Position numbers and translations under genes: made by a program. Below are positions 42,644 through 57,620 of a stretch of 64,000 nucleotides of DNA, piece after piece; position 1 is the first letter of the stretch, and each line of letters starts with the position of its first letter. The stretch comes from Eledone cirrhosa (Eukaryota), in the NCBI GenBank assembly GCA_964016885.1, contig OZ024743.1, forward strand, positions 335,358,001-335,422,000. The letters run 5' to 3'. The notes below the pieces were generated by a model. That model had not been told where the DNA came from, searched no databases, and saw nothing but the letters and a program-made list of their open reading frames with translations.

Positions 42644-44356
42644 AATGAATAATAACAGGTAGACATCATAAAAAGGTAGTTTATTCCGTGTGCTTACAAG
42701 TGTTTCCACGGTGGTACTGCAGCCTAGTTCCGCTACGTGCAAATTCACAAGTATTTGCAGAACTCGAATATCCAATGCTGTGACCACTGTTTCCTCAGAG
42801 CAGAATGGTAAATATACAATGTAAAAACCCTTAAGTGGGGTTGTTGGGGAAGATAGAGTGGAACAGGAAGAGAGAAAAGTAGGGAAGATGGAGAGAGAAG
42901 GAGAGATATGCAGGGGTTGGAGAAGCCGGAGAGAGTGGCTTGTAGATATCTTAATCAAAATGTTATGATAGGGGTTTTATTAGTTACTTTTGGAGAGATG
43001 CGTAGATAGTTGAGGTCGGAATTATTTGTCGGACAACATGCTTTGTAGCACAGAGTTACGTCCATTTACGGACTGAGTTCAAATCCCGCCGAGGTTAACT
43101 TTGCCTTTCATCCTTACGGGGTCGATAAAATAAAGTACCAGTAATGCACTGGGTAATTGCTGGCCTTGTGCCAAAAGTAGAAACAATTATTTATTGCCCC
43201 AGAGGTCAAGTTCATAGATGTTGAGAGGGAGGTAGGTCAAAGGTGAGAGAGAGAGAGTGTAATGGATGTAGAGAGAGATATATAGGTAGAGAGGGGACAG
43301 ATAAAGTATATGTGGTGAGTGAACTTTTGGTTTTGTAGTAGTAATCTAGGAATTGTACTGAGTTACCATGTATAGTGATAAGCAGTGTATTGTCTTGTAG
43401 TGTGGGGGAGAAGAGAAGGTTGTTAGCTAGAAAGTGGTGTTGTAGTTACGGGTTCGAATGTTAAGTTATTTTATAGTGAGAGAATTTAGCTTTTAGTTTG
43501 TGGTTGCAGTATAATGATCGTTCAATTCTATCGTTAAGTAGTTTGTTTTTGGATTTTAGTATGAAGTACTGCAGGTTATGTAACCTTGAGCTATTTTACA
43601 TACTAAAATCCAAAAACAAACTACTTAACGATAGAATTGAACGATCATTATACTGCAACCACAAACTAAAAGCTAAATTCTCTCACTATAAAATAACTTA
43701 ACATTCGAACCCGTACCTACAACACCACTTTCTAGCAAACAACCTTCTCTTCCTCCCACACTACAAGACAATACACTGCTTATCACTATACATGGTAAGT
43801 CAGTACAATTCCTAGATTACTACTACAAAACCAAAAGTTCACTCACCACATATACTTTATCTGTCCCCTCTCTACCTATATCTCTCTCTCTACATCCATT
43901 ACACTCTCTCTCACCTTTGACCTACCTCCCTCTCAACATCTATGAACTTGACCTCTGGGGCAATAAATAATTCCGACCTCAACTATCTACGCATCTCTCC
44001 AAAAGTAACTAATAAAACCCCTACCATAACATTTTGATTAAGATATCTACAAGCCACTCTCTCCGACTTCTCCAACCCCTGCATATCTCTCCTTCTCTCT
44101 CCATCTTCCCTACTTTTCTCTCTTCCTGTTCCACTCTATCTTCCCCAACAACCCCACTTAAGGGTTTTTACATTGTATATTTACCATTCTGCTCTGAGGA
44201 AACAGTGGTCACAGCATTGGATATTCGAGTTCTGCAAATACTTGTGAATTTGCACGTAGCGGAACTAGGCTGCAGTACCACCGTGGAAACACTTGTAAGC
44301 ACACGGAATAAACTACCTTTTTATGATGTCTACCTGTTATTATTCATTCTTTATAT
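42312..44356. mobile_element. Fold-back PLE tail (~750-bp arms), family E hammerhead at 42446-42512(-)
   Basis: 42637-43565 mirrors 43600-44356. The centre encodes CRLCNLELFYILKSKNKLLNDRIERSLYCNH. Hammerhead tattttat-CTGATGA-ggacgtactg..cagtacctct-GAAA-tatgta-TA-ataaaata. Confidence 0.88.
43028..43184 (+). mobile_element. SINE inserted in one arm of the fold-back
   Basis: TSD AATTATTT at 43020-43027 and 43185-43192; the empty site is visible in the other arm (43957-43980). Confidence 0.9.
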
Positions 44357-44493
44357 ACACTCCGGAATACTGAAGGATCAGGAACTAAGTTTCTTGAACA
44401 ATTCTTCCATAACTCGTAGAGTAACCTCTTACCGTACGTCAACCATATCCAGTGTAGTAATTAACCATCACTGCATCTTGGATAATCCTATAC

Positions 44494-44544
<51 letters not shown>

Positions 44545-44563
<19 letters not shown>

Positions 44564-46400
44564 CAACCAAGTCGCATACGTCAGCACTGTCAAACGATCC
44601 CATGGAGACGTCGAATAGGTCTGATGTTGTTGACTTCTTTGCCCAGGCTACTCCGCCGTTGAAGAGGAGGGTTTTCCGGCAGTGAGCGATGATTTCCCTG
44701 TCTAAACCATCGACGGTGGTATAAGTGGTAGCGAAGTCCAACGCTTTGTTTAAAAGGGTCTCTGAGATCGACGGGTAAAAATCGACAATGTCAAAATGTG
44801 TGAACTTCGCTTTTTGGGATATGAAGGAGTTGAACCACTTAATTACGGAGTCGCTGTTCTCCCACTGGGACAGTTTGGACTTGGTCCTAATGGTCTTAAC
44901 TATGTTTGTAAGTATGGCCTTACTGGCTAGTCCCATATCTGTGCGTGCCGGATTTATTAGTCTACATGTGGCGTTAGAAATAAAGTCTACCTTGTGATCT
45001 TACAGAGTGAGGAACGCCTCCCGCTTAGCTAGAGATTGTAGCTTCTTATCTACCTTAGGGGCGGCGGCAAGTTCTTTGGCTTCTGTATTAATGTCGTGGT
45101 AGGTCATAGGGTTAGTTTTCTTATATTTGGAAGTAATAGCGTTATGGGCCAGGTGGCGGAAAGTGGTGTTGTTGACTTCGTAAATATTATTATTAGTTTT
45201 GTCAGAAAGAACGAAAGTGTTATTTGAAGACTTAAATTTCTTAATGTCGTTTCTAAGTTTAGTTTGAAAGGTGTTAGGGTGTTTGCGAAAGGAAATGTTA
45301 GCGACTTAGTCAAGAAGGTCCGCCTCGAAAGGAGCAAGTTCAGTTACCTTAGGAGGGTAGGCTCTCGATTTCAGGTTGAAGGTGTTATTGGTGCCTGCAA
45401 TGTTGCCGTCAAAAGATAGGGCTCGCCATCTTAAGCGTCTGACGACATCTTTCACTTTTTGTAGGAGAAGCTTTTGGTAAACATGGTTGGAAGGAGCGGG
45501 AATGTTCTTCAGGGAGTAATCCAGTACTGACATATGCGACTTGGTTGGCCTATTTATTTTAGACATATTACGATGTCTTTAGTTTGTTAGTTATAGGGAG
45601 GGGAATGACTAAAGGATAGGCTAAGTTGGGTCGATATTCTGTTAGCGAAGGAGCTCGCTCCGCGGTGGTGGCAGTTGATGACCAACTCATTCCTGTCACT
45701 GATGGGAGGTGGCCTTGACAAAGTTAGTCCACCACATAAACACCTATAAGTTATCTTAGTTACAAATCTCATTGTGACTATACTATAAGCTACCTCCCTC
45801 GCATTATCTTCGTTACAACTCTGATTCGGGGTCTTTGGCTTTTCAAGGAGTTACCTACAAGAATAGTTTTCCTACAAGAAGCCATCTTGTTATGCGATAG
45901 GTGGCATTGTTTACTTTCAGCCTCGACAGATATGTATGTTTGTTTATACCATACATTTGAGTTCTCCATTGCCAAGGGACCCCATCGAGGGAGCTGCTAA
46001 TCTGAGGATTCTTTACGGACACGTAACCCTCTTATTTTATTTTTATTTCTACTTTATATATATTAATAATTTCATTATCTCATCTCAAGTTCCGAGGATC
46101 TGACCCATAATATTATTTTATGTTACTTATCTCCCTCTGCACCAAATCAATAACAATCTTAGCATCGATTGATCCAGAAATATTATATGGAGTAGTGAAA
46201 CAATTATAAACTGACATTATTATCCTCTCTTTATATTAAACTGCACTGAATGTTGATACTCTTTGACTAATGTCTTCTATGTGAGTTTGTGGTCTTGATT
46301 TACTTAACTACTGAATATTTCCAGCTCTGTACACCTAACCTACGGATTAATCAAGTTTTCCAACTGCCTTTCACTGCATATTGCACACCGAGCACCCGCT
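44545..46400 (-). mobile_element. Rearranged PLE: N-terminus and RT fingers (minus), endonuclease tail (45587-45700, minus), pLTR with hammerhead 46088-46212 (plus)
   Basis: DYSLKNIPAPS..VVRRLRWRAL; FTHFDIVDFYPSIS; MGSFDSADVCDLV; ISDRNELVINCHHR; agtt-CCGAGGA..GAAA-caatta-TA-aact. Confidence 0.88.
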
Positions 46401-46415
46401 ATATATATATATATA

Positions 46416-46508
46416 CTACTTGTTCCTATTACCCACTCTACTACCCTAAGTATTGAGTACTTTGGTGCGTTATGGTCCACCTGGTTCCTTACCACATTTC
46501 CTTCGTTA
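46416..46508 (+). repeat. Solo family C terminal extension between (TA)n tracts
   Basis: Matches 34776-34866. Confidence 0.85.
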
Positions 46509-46633
46509 TATATATATATATATATATATAAATATATTTATATATATATATATTTAAAATATATATATAAATATATTTATAAATATATATATAAATATAT
46601 TTATAAATATATATATAAATATATATATAAATA

Positions 46634-46689
<56 letters not shown>

Positions 46690-46701
46690 TATATATAAAT
46701 A

Positions 46702-46743
<42 letters not shown>

Positions 46744-46762
46744 TATTTATATATATATATAA

Positions 46763-46845
<83 letters not shown>

Positions 46846-46859
46846 ACAATCATGGACAA

Positions 46860-49192
46860 TCATGGACAATTATATGGATCATTTTACATATATGTACTCT
46901 GTGTTTTTGCATTTATTCACTATTGGTTCTGTTCTTTTCTTTTCCTTTGTGTACTTTATGTCTGTTTTTCTTTGATTCTGTTCCATGTGATGGAAATTAT
47001 GACCGTGTAACAGATTGACTAATGCCTTGAACCATGTGGTTTGCCCTCCGTTATAACCATGTCGTTCAATATCTGGATAGAGTAACTGTAACACTAGAAT
47101 CCCTCCCAGAACTTATTACTTAAACATCTCTCTCCATATTATTTACTCACTTCAATCTATATTTTTACTCAATCCGAATTATCACATGGAAAAAAAAAAA
47201 AATTTTTGAATTTAGAATTTTTAAATTTTTAATTGTTTAATTTATAATCTCTGATATTTGATTTAGAATTTTAACTTTTATTTTTAATTTTTATTTCCAA
47301 CTCTCACTCTTAACTTACAATGTAAAACCATAGTACCTAGAATTAAGTTTATTTTCCCTTATGAGTTGATGGTCAGTCTTACTGTCAACGCTTAGTGAAA
47401 GGTAGTATTATGACCTATAAAAACTAACACCCTCCCATCCCCTCTGGCTTTCGGCTGACTTCCACAGTAGTGATGGGTAGCAGTAAACTTTGGCAGGGCA
47501 TAGGTGGGCCACTGACAGCGAATTTCGTTGAAATCTGCGGTGCTAATGGTCAACTTCCTTCGGACATGCGCTTGCGCAGACCGGTGGGGGTGAATTGGTA
47601 CTCACAAGGGAACGGATGAAAAACCCAAAAGCACGAACTTCATCCGTTCCCATGTCGTTTCAATTTAGATTGCCTCGGAAACAACCTTATTATGTAACAA
47701 GCTGTCTGATGATGACACGACACTCGCACACAGAACAGTGTGGCCAGTGTCGTCATTGAAATATATATCACAGCATTATTATTAAAGGACTTGAACATCT
47801 GAAACTACTTCGCTTTTCCTTATTCGATATTTACTCCGTCACTCCTATGTGGAAAAAGTACGTTGAGTGCTTGAATTGAATTGCATCAATGTTTACCCTA
47901 ATAATTTAGCTCCGATTAGTTGAGCGCTCTATGATGTAACCGATATGGTGGAGAAGAGAGGAACCAACCAAGACCTACCCCGGAAATTCCCTCTACCATG
48001 GGGATGAAAACCCCTGACACTGGACGGGCGTAATAGTAACTTTCGGCAGGATAAATACGTCGAAACAAAAAATAAGATAAACCCCTATTTTTCCTGTACC
48101 AAATCGCATTTGAACGGAAGCCCCCTCAATTCAATCTATACATGGACAGATGGATAATCATATGGATCATTTTACATATATGTACTCTCTGTTTTTGCAT
48201 TTATTCACTATTGGTTCTGTTCTTTTCTTTTCTTTTGTGTACTTTATGTCTGTTTTTCTTTGATTCTGTTCCATGTGATGGAAATTATGACCGTGTAACA
48301 GATTGACTAATGCCTTGAACCATGTGGTTTGCCCTCCGTTATAATGTACAGCACTGTCGTTCAATATCTGGATAGAGTAACTGTAACACTAGAATCCCTC
48401 CCAGAACTTATTACTTTAACATCTCTTTCCATATTATTTACTTACTTCAATCTATATTTTTACTCAATCCGAATTATCACTTGGGAAAAAAAAAATTTTT
48501 GAATTTAGAATTTTTGAATTTTTAATTTTTAATTTATAATCTCTGATATTTGATTTAGGATTTTAACTTTTATTTTTAATTTTTATTTCCAACTCTCACT
48601 CTTAAGTTACAATGTAAAACCATAGTACCTACAATTAAGTTTATTTTCCCTTATGAGTTGATAGTCAGTCTTACTGTCAACGCTTAGTGAAAGGTAGTAT
48701 TATGATCTATAAAAACTAACACCCTCCCATCCCCTCTGGCTTTCGGCTGACTGCCACAGTAGTGATGGGTAGCAGTAAACTTTGGCAGGGCATAGGTGGG
48801 CCACTGACAGCGAATTTCGTTGAAATCTGCGGTGCTGATGGTCAACTTCCTTCGGACATGCGCTTGCGCAGACCGGTGGGGGTGAATTTGTACTCACAAA
48901 GGAACGGATGAAAAACCCAAAAGCACGAACTTCATCCGTTCCCATGTCGATTCAATTTGGATTGCCTCGGAAACAACCTTATTATGTAACAAGCTGTCTG
49001 ATGATGACACGACAACTCGCACACAACAGTGTAGCCAGTGTCGTCATTGAAATATATATCACAGCATTATTATTAAAGGACTTGAACATCTGAAACCACT
49101 TCGCTTTTCCTTATTCGATATTTACTCCGTCACTCCTATGTGGAAAAAGTACGTTGAGTGCTTGAATTGAATTGCATCAATGTTTACCCTAA
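46860..49192 (+). repeat. ~1.29-kb non-coding tandem duplication (1.8 units), one hammerhead per unit
   Basis: 46870-47900 is nearly identical to 48158-49192; hammerheads gctgt-CTGATGA-tgacac..gtgtcgtcatt-GAAA-tatata-TC-acagc at 47701-47774 and 48993-49065. Confidence 0.9.
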
Positions 49193-49234
49193 TATATATA
49201 TATTTATATATATATTTATATATATATACATATA

Positions 49235-50225
49235 TATTAAGGATACTATTTATTGTTATGTATATTTTAAACTATAAACAGGGAAGGTCAGTAATTTATT
49301 ACTACCTTATTCCCAGTAAGATAAATAGCTCAATGTAATAACATCAGTTGTTCTACAGAACAGTTATATAGAATTCACAAGAATCAAAGCTATGTTCAAA
49401 GCATTTATTCACTTACAATTGTTTCATCCAAACCTAGGCTTGGTGTCTTCGGAGCATTTTTCAATGCTTTTGCATATAATTAACCTCCTATCCAACGCAA
49501 GAGACATAGAGATACATATATATTGATGTACAGTGGAGTGACATATATTATACTATACTATACTTGTACAGCAATTCAAATTTAAAATCAAAATTAAAAT
49601 TAAAATTAAAATACATGCGGCAGATAACACATATAATGCAAGAGGATAGTTCGATAATCAGATCTAGTAGATAGTGTATGCGTTAGCATACATGGAGCAT
49701 GTAAGTGTGTCTCATTTATATACGAGTATTGTGTGGCAAGGTGTTACATGTAATGCAAGCACTTTAACCGTATAAGCAAGAGTATTATGGTGGTTGTAGT
49801 AGTAGGGTATTTTTTCTATAGATAAAAAAAGGATGTATGCAGAAAAAGACAAGGAAAAAGAAAAAGAAAAAGAAAAAGAAAAAGAAAAAGAAAAAGAAAA
49901 CGAAAAAGAAAAAGAAAAAGAAAAAGAAAAAGAAAAAGAAAAAGAAAAAAGAAAAAGAAAATTATAGTTTTCGCATCCACCGCATGTATTTTAATTTTAA
50001 TTTTGATTTTAAATTTGAATTGCTGTACAAGTATAGTATAGTATAATATATGTCACTCCACTGTACATCAATATATATGTGTCTGTATGTCTCTTGCGTT
50101 GGATAGGAGGTTAATTATATGCACAAGCATTGAAACATGCCCCGAAGACTCCAAGCCTAGGTTTGGATGAAACACTTTTAAGGGAATAAATGCTTTGAAC
50201 ATAGCTTTGATTCGTGTGAATTCTC
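49235..50225. mobile_element. Family G fold-back element
   Basis: 49372-49618 mirrors 49982-50225; hammerheads at 49410-49457(-) and 50138-50184(+, decayed); (AAAAAG)n in the spacer. Confidence 0.8.
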
Positions 50226-50248
50226 TCTCTATATATATATATATTTAT

Positions 50249-51117
50249 AAACGGAAAAATGAACCGAAATTTCATTTCCCACTCTTAGTACGGCTGTTAC
50301 TTAAATATAAGTATGTACACGTACATACATATATGTATACAGACGTACAGTAGTATGTATATATATACATACATGCACACATATATATATGTACGTATGG
50401 ATTCACCGAACATTTAATATAATGCTCGGTGTGTTTGTAAACAAACATCCCGTATTAAGCCGTAGTGTCTAGCAACCATCGTTGCTCGTTTGTTCAACAC
50501 TGACAAAGGAACGCTGTACTAGTTTCAAGCTTATTAGCTATCGTCGGCAACGTATACCTTCCTGCCAGATTGTTGAACGACTGAAAGTATATACTTTCCT
50601 TATGCATATTAACGGCTGAGTAGCCCAATTTGCATATCGAGTGGGTTAATCGGCCGGGTGCACCGAAAGCGATGAACGGAAAAATGAAACGAAATTTCAT
50701 TTCCCTCTCTTAGTACGGCTGTTACTTAAATATAAGTATGTACACGTACATACATATATGTATACAGACGTACAGTAGTATGTATATATATATACATACA
50801 TGAACACACATATATATATGTACGTCTGTATTCACCGAACATTTATTATAATACTCGGTGTGTTTGTTCAACAATCTGGCAGGAAGGTATACGTTGCTGG
50901 CGATAACTAATAAGCTTGAAACTAGTACACCGTTCCTTTGTCAGTGTTGAACAAACGAGCTACGATGGTTGCACTACGGCTTAATACGGGATGTTTGTTT
51001 ACAAACACACCGAGCATTATAATAAATTGTCGCTGAATCCATACGTACATCTATATATGTGTGCATGTATGTATATATATATACATACTATTGTACGTCT
51101 GTATACATATATGTATG
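50249..51117. repeat. Family J: ~425-bp tandem plus inverted copy
   Basis: Unit restarts at ~50675; 50867-51117 is inverted; hammerheads at 50512-50552(-) and 50892-50932(+). Confidence 0.85.
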
Positions 51118-53146
51118 TTATTTAATAAAATATTTTTGGATTTCATAATACAAAATAATACCATATTACATAATTTACAAAATTCCTGTCCTTGGTTATA
51201 TGCAGGGGCAGACACTATTATATCCCATTTTAGGTTAAATTCTTGGTTACTTTCGCGCAGCTGCCAAGCCTTGTCTGCGAGTGTTGTTACATAACGCTGG
51301 TTTTCATGTTTTATTGAGTAACGATGTCTATAAATGCGAGATGTGAAGGAGGTAGCTGTAGACCCCACATAGTACCACTTCTGGCTACCCGATTCGATAG
51401 TACATTTGTATATGATGTTGCGTTCAAGAGACTGATTGTTCAACGGACACATTCCTGGTTGGATACAGCTACAGTTATAATTTTGCGTTGTTGAATTACC
51501 ATCGATGGGTTGATGAGGTTGCTTAGGCAGGACGGGATGTTGTTTGTTGTTTTGTGATGGAATAGCCGATGTTTTACGTGTATTGTTATGTGTTGGAAGG
51601 CGTTTATACAACCGTTTTGCGTTAAGCTTTTTTTATATGTTGTTCAATATTAGGGGCGGTTGAATATGAAAGTCGAATAGTGTTAGGGTTTAAGATTTTA
51701 TTATATTTATGTGATGTTGGAAAATCTTTTTTAACTAATCGAAAGTATTGTGAGGGTAGATTGGTTTTAATAGAGTTGTTATAGACCGGGTTATGCCATA
51801 TATACTCTTTACATCGCCTTCTGTTTGGTGGTGTGCGACCATTAGTGTGTCTATTGCAGTAGTGTATGTATGGTGGTGATTCTATGCTATTTCTACCTCT
51901 ATGAGATTTATTTTGGGTGTTTTGGTGATCGTCGACTATATACTCTATATTATCTAGGTGTCCAGCCTTCCTAAGTGCATCATCATAATATTCGGCATGT
52001 TCTTTGAAGGTTTACTGGTTGGACGACAGGCGGGAGATTCTAAGGGAAATATTTCTAGGGATGGATTTGATTATAGAGGGTGGATGGTTAGAACCCGTAT
52101 TTACATATTTAAGGTTCTCATTTAGTTTAGGGAACGGTTTAATCGTTTCTGTATTGAGATTCAAAGTAACATCAAGGAAATTGATCTCTTCGAGGTTATA
52201 TGCAAACGTAATATTTAATCCTAGTTCCTTGAAAAGATTTCTAATATTTTTACGCATCCTTTCTAAATTCTGGTTATTCATATGCTTAACTAATAGAAGC
52301 GCATCGTCACGGTAGACTCCACCGTGGAGATCCTTGAATTTTTCCTTGTAGTCTGTGGGTGATATAAATTCCCACAAGATCAGTTACTTCCGCCGAAACA
52401 TTGGAACCCATAGTTATATCAAAATTAGAAGGTCTATCTTTGCGAACCCAGTAGCTATCATCAAATTTAACAATAGTTTTCCTCACTTCCATAATAATAC
52501 TAATTTCATCATCCGTAAGGTCGGAGTTAGCCTTAGCGAACGAAAGAGCTTCATGCAGAGTATCAGGTGAGATTGAGGAATAATACTCATCAATATCGAA
52601 CTGAATAAATTTTGATTTCTTCTTATCAGTAATCCTATTAAACCATCTTATTGCCTCATGGGTTTTACCCCATAGTTAAATATCTACTTTAGCCTTAATT
52701 TGGGGGATAATTCTGTCTAGTATATATTTGCTAATTTTGCCTGTATCAGATTTAGAGGGGCATATAATTCTAATTTTAGGGTCAGTATCGAAGTTTAGTT
52801 TGTGGTCCTTCAGCTTGAAGGATGATGTAGCTGGTGTTAAGGGTTGGGTTCTATCGTCAATACAAAGTTTTTTAACAATTTCACATGCCGAGTTATTGAT
52901 GTTTTTAAGTGTAGCTTCATTAGTTTTCTTGTATTTTTTATGCAATTCCTTACGGATGAAGTTATTGTAAGTGTCCACATCCATGGTATATACGTTTGAT
53001 GTTTTGTCTGCTCTAACAATAATTCCATTGGTGTTTTTTAGATTATTGAGCAGTGCCGTGATGTCATTCTGTAGTTTATTGTTTTTCTGTTTTGTAAATT
53101 TGATCTCCATGATCGTATCCATTAGGCCCTGTTCAAATGCATCCAA
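51115..53146 (-). mobile_element. PLE, frameshifted RT + GIY-YIG, both ends truncated
   Basis: [12 protein letters not shown]; FIQFDIDEYYSSI; MGSNVSAEVTDLVG; GGVYRDDALL; NFLDVTLNL; YYVGSTATSFTSRIYRH; CKLCNM. Confidence 0.92.
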
Positions 53147-53250
53147 AATATATATATATATATATATACATATATTTATATATATATATATTTATATATA
53201 TATATATACATACATATATATATATATACATATATTTATATATATACCTA

Positions 53251-53332
<82 letters not shown>

Positions 53333-53351
53333 TTTATATATTATATACATA

Positions 53352-55434
<2,083 letters not shown>

Positions 55435-55441
55435 TATATAC

Positions 55442-55548
<107 letters not shown>

Positions 55549-55945
55549 TTTATATTTATATATATATATATATACATATATTTATATATATATATATATA
55601 TATATACATATATTTATATATATATATATATACATATATTTATATATATATATACATATATTTATATATAATCTTGTATAAATAGGACACGCGTGCATGT
55701 CACACGTGTGACTGTTGCATACACTGGCTACTCCAAACTTTCATTTTGCTTTATCTTAGTAGACTGCCAATGTTTTATTTTAATTTTAATTTTGTCCTTT
55801 AATATAACTGTAATCTTTGTATGTAAATTACCATGCTATATTATTATAATGGATGTAAACCCACTGTGGGTCAATATATACATATGTTTCTATATGTCTC
55901 TGGTGTTGAAAAGGAGGTCAAGTATGTTAAATATCACTGAATAAT

Positions 55946-55992
55946 TGCTCCGAAGACTCCAAACCTCGGTTTGGAAGAAACAATTGTAAGCA
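55946..55992 (+). ncRNA. Minimal hammerhead, family G (C4 variant)
   Basis: tgct-CCGAAGA-ctccaaac-ctcg-gtttggaa-GAAA-caattg-TA-agca. Confidence 0.75.
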
Positions 55993-56455
55993 TTAAATGA
56001 TTTAAACAGAACATTGTTTCATGTAATCTCTATATAACTGCTCTGTAAAACAACTGATCTTGTTACATTGAGCTATTTATGTTACTGGTAATAAGATAGT
56101 AATAAATTACTGTCTTTCACTATTTAGGGCATAATATATATATAAACTATAAAAGGTTTTAGTATATACATAACCATAAATAGTATCCTTAATACTATAT
56201 ATATATATATATGCAATGTTAAGTTATCCAAACATATTTAATATGTATAATTACCAGGTTTCTCGTTAAATAAGCTCCACCTAATTATATATTTGTTCCT
56301 GAATATTATTTCTATAATATATGTTTACAAAACAGTATGTGTTTCTCAAAAAAGTATATGACTCTTTCTATTCCTCTCTACATATATCTTTGAAACATAC
56401 ACAGACACACGCGCAGATACAGACACACACACTCTCTCACACACACACACACACA

Positions 56456-56544
<89 letters not shown>

Positions 56545-56546
<2 letters not shown>

Positions 56547-56741
56547 CGGAGGAAATGTGGTAAGGAACCAGGTAGACCATAACGCACCAAAGTACTCAAT
56601 ACTTAGGGTAGTAGAGTGGGTAATAGGAACGAGAAGGACCCCGACGGCTGAGCTCAAGCCGTTTCGACGCCTAATTCTTTTAGTCCAGAATTAGCCGTCG
56701 AAACGGCTTGAGCTCAGCCGTCGGGGTCCTACTCGTTCCTA
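56545..56741. mobile_element. Family C fold-back end fragment
   Basis: Inverted extension 56545-56622, then a palindrome of the half-hammerhead centred near 56678. Confidence 0.85.
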
Positions 56742-56764
56742 TATATATATATATATATATTTAA

Positions 56765-57075
56765 ATTAATAAAAATAATGAATAAAAACAAAGAAACAGT
56801 TCCTCATATTAAAAAATTCTTCATTTTACGATCGTTTCTAGGATATATATGTGTGTGTTGGTATGTATATCATATAGATCTATGTAAAATTTTTACAAAC
56901 TATCAGAGGGAATATACATACCTACACATATATATGCTGTCTTCAGAAATAATTGTTTCTACTTTAGGCACAAGTCCAGCAATTACCCAGTGCATTACTG
57001 GTACTTTATTTTATCTACACCGTAAGGATGAAAGGCAACCTCGGCTGTCTTCAGAAATAATGATATTTGTTTATT
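56765..57075 (-). mobile_element. Family A pLTR with hammerhead 56820-56953 and a truncated SINE (56954-57043)
   Basis: 18-bp TSD GCTGTCTTCAGAAATAAT at 56936-56953 and 57044-57061. Confidence 0.85.
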
Positions 57076-57569
57076 GAAAAAAACCAACAAAGATTTAATA
57101 TAATAGGTCTGTTTGGGAACAGGTTTTGAATTGACCAATAGAAAGGTAGTAAGTGGTCAAGATGATAGAATAGTAGTAATATAAATTTAATTTAGGGGTA
57201 GAGGAAAGCAGACTTCAGTTTTGAATGGAAAGAGTATTTTGAATGAAAAGATTACTTTGGGGATGAAAATAGGTCAAGCCGGTGAAAGGTACACGAAAAT
57301 TTGATGTTATAAAAGAATAATGGTAATGTTAAAATCAAAGGAGAATAAAATTTTACGATAAATGTGTTAGTGAAAAATATCAATCTTATTTAAAACATAA
57401 GGAATTTACATCTATAAAAATAAAATAAATTAATTTAATTGATAGGTATATTTATATTGATAAATTTATATTAATTCATATAGATATGATAAATAAGAGT
57501 TAGATGTAATTGAAGAATGTTGTTAAAAACAAAGGGAAAAGAAAAAAAAATGGGGGGGGGGGGGGGTAA

Positions 57570-57619
<50 letters not shown>

Positions 57620-57620
<1 letters not shown>

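Noticed and set aside
42548-44618. Identical 'MIKISTSHSL...' ORFs on opposite strands, suggesting a duplicated gene
   Set aside because: They are the two arms of a fold-back pLTR, run into (TA)n, and show no recognisable domain.
47900-48080. Second ribozyme in the spacer of the 1.29-kb tandem (CCTGACACTGGACG...CGTCGAAAC)
   Set aside because: The core does not fit CUGANGA or U3-A8, and I found no stem III or cleavage triplet pairing.
49837-50046. Poly-lysine ORF (also the K/E-rich ORF at 1052-1279)
   Set aside because: (AAAAAG)n and purine-rich simple repeats.
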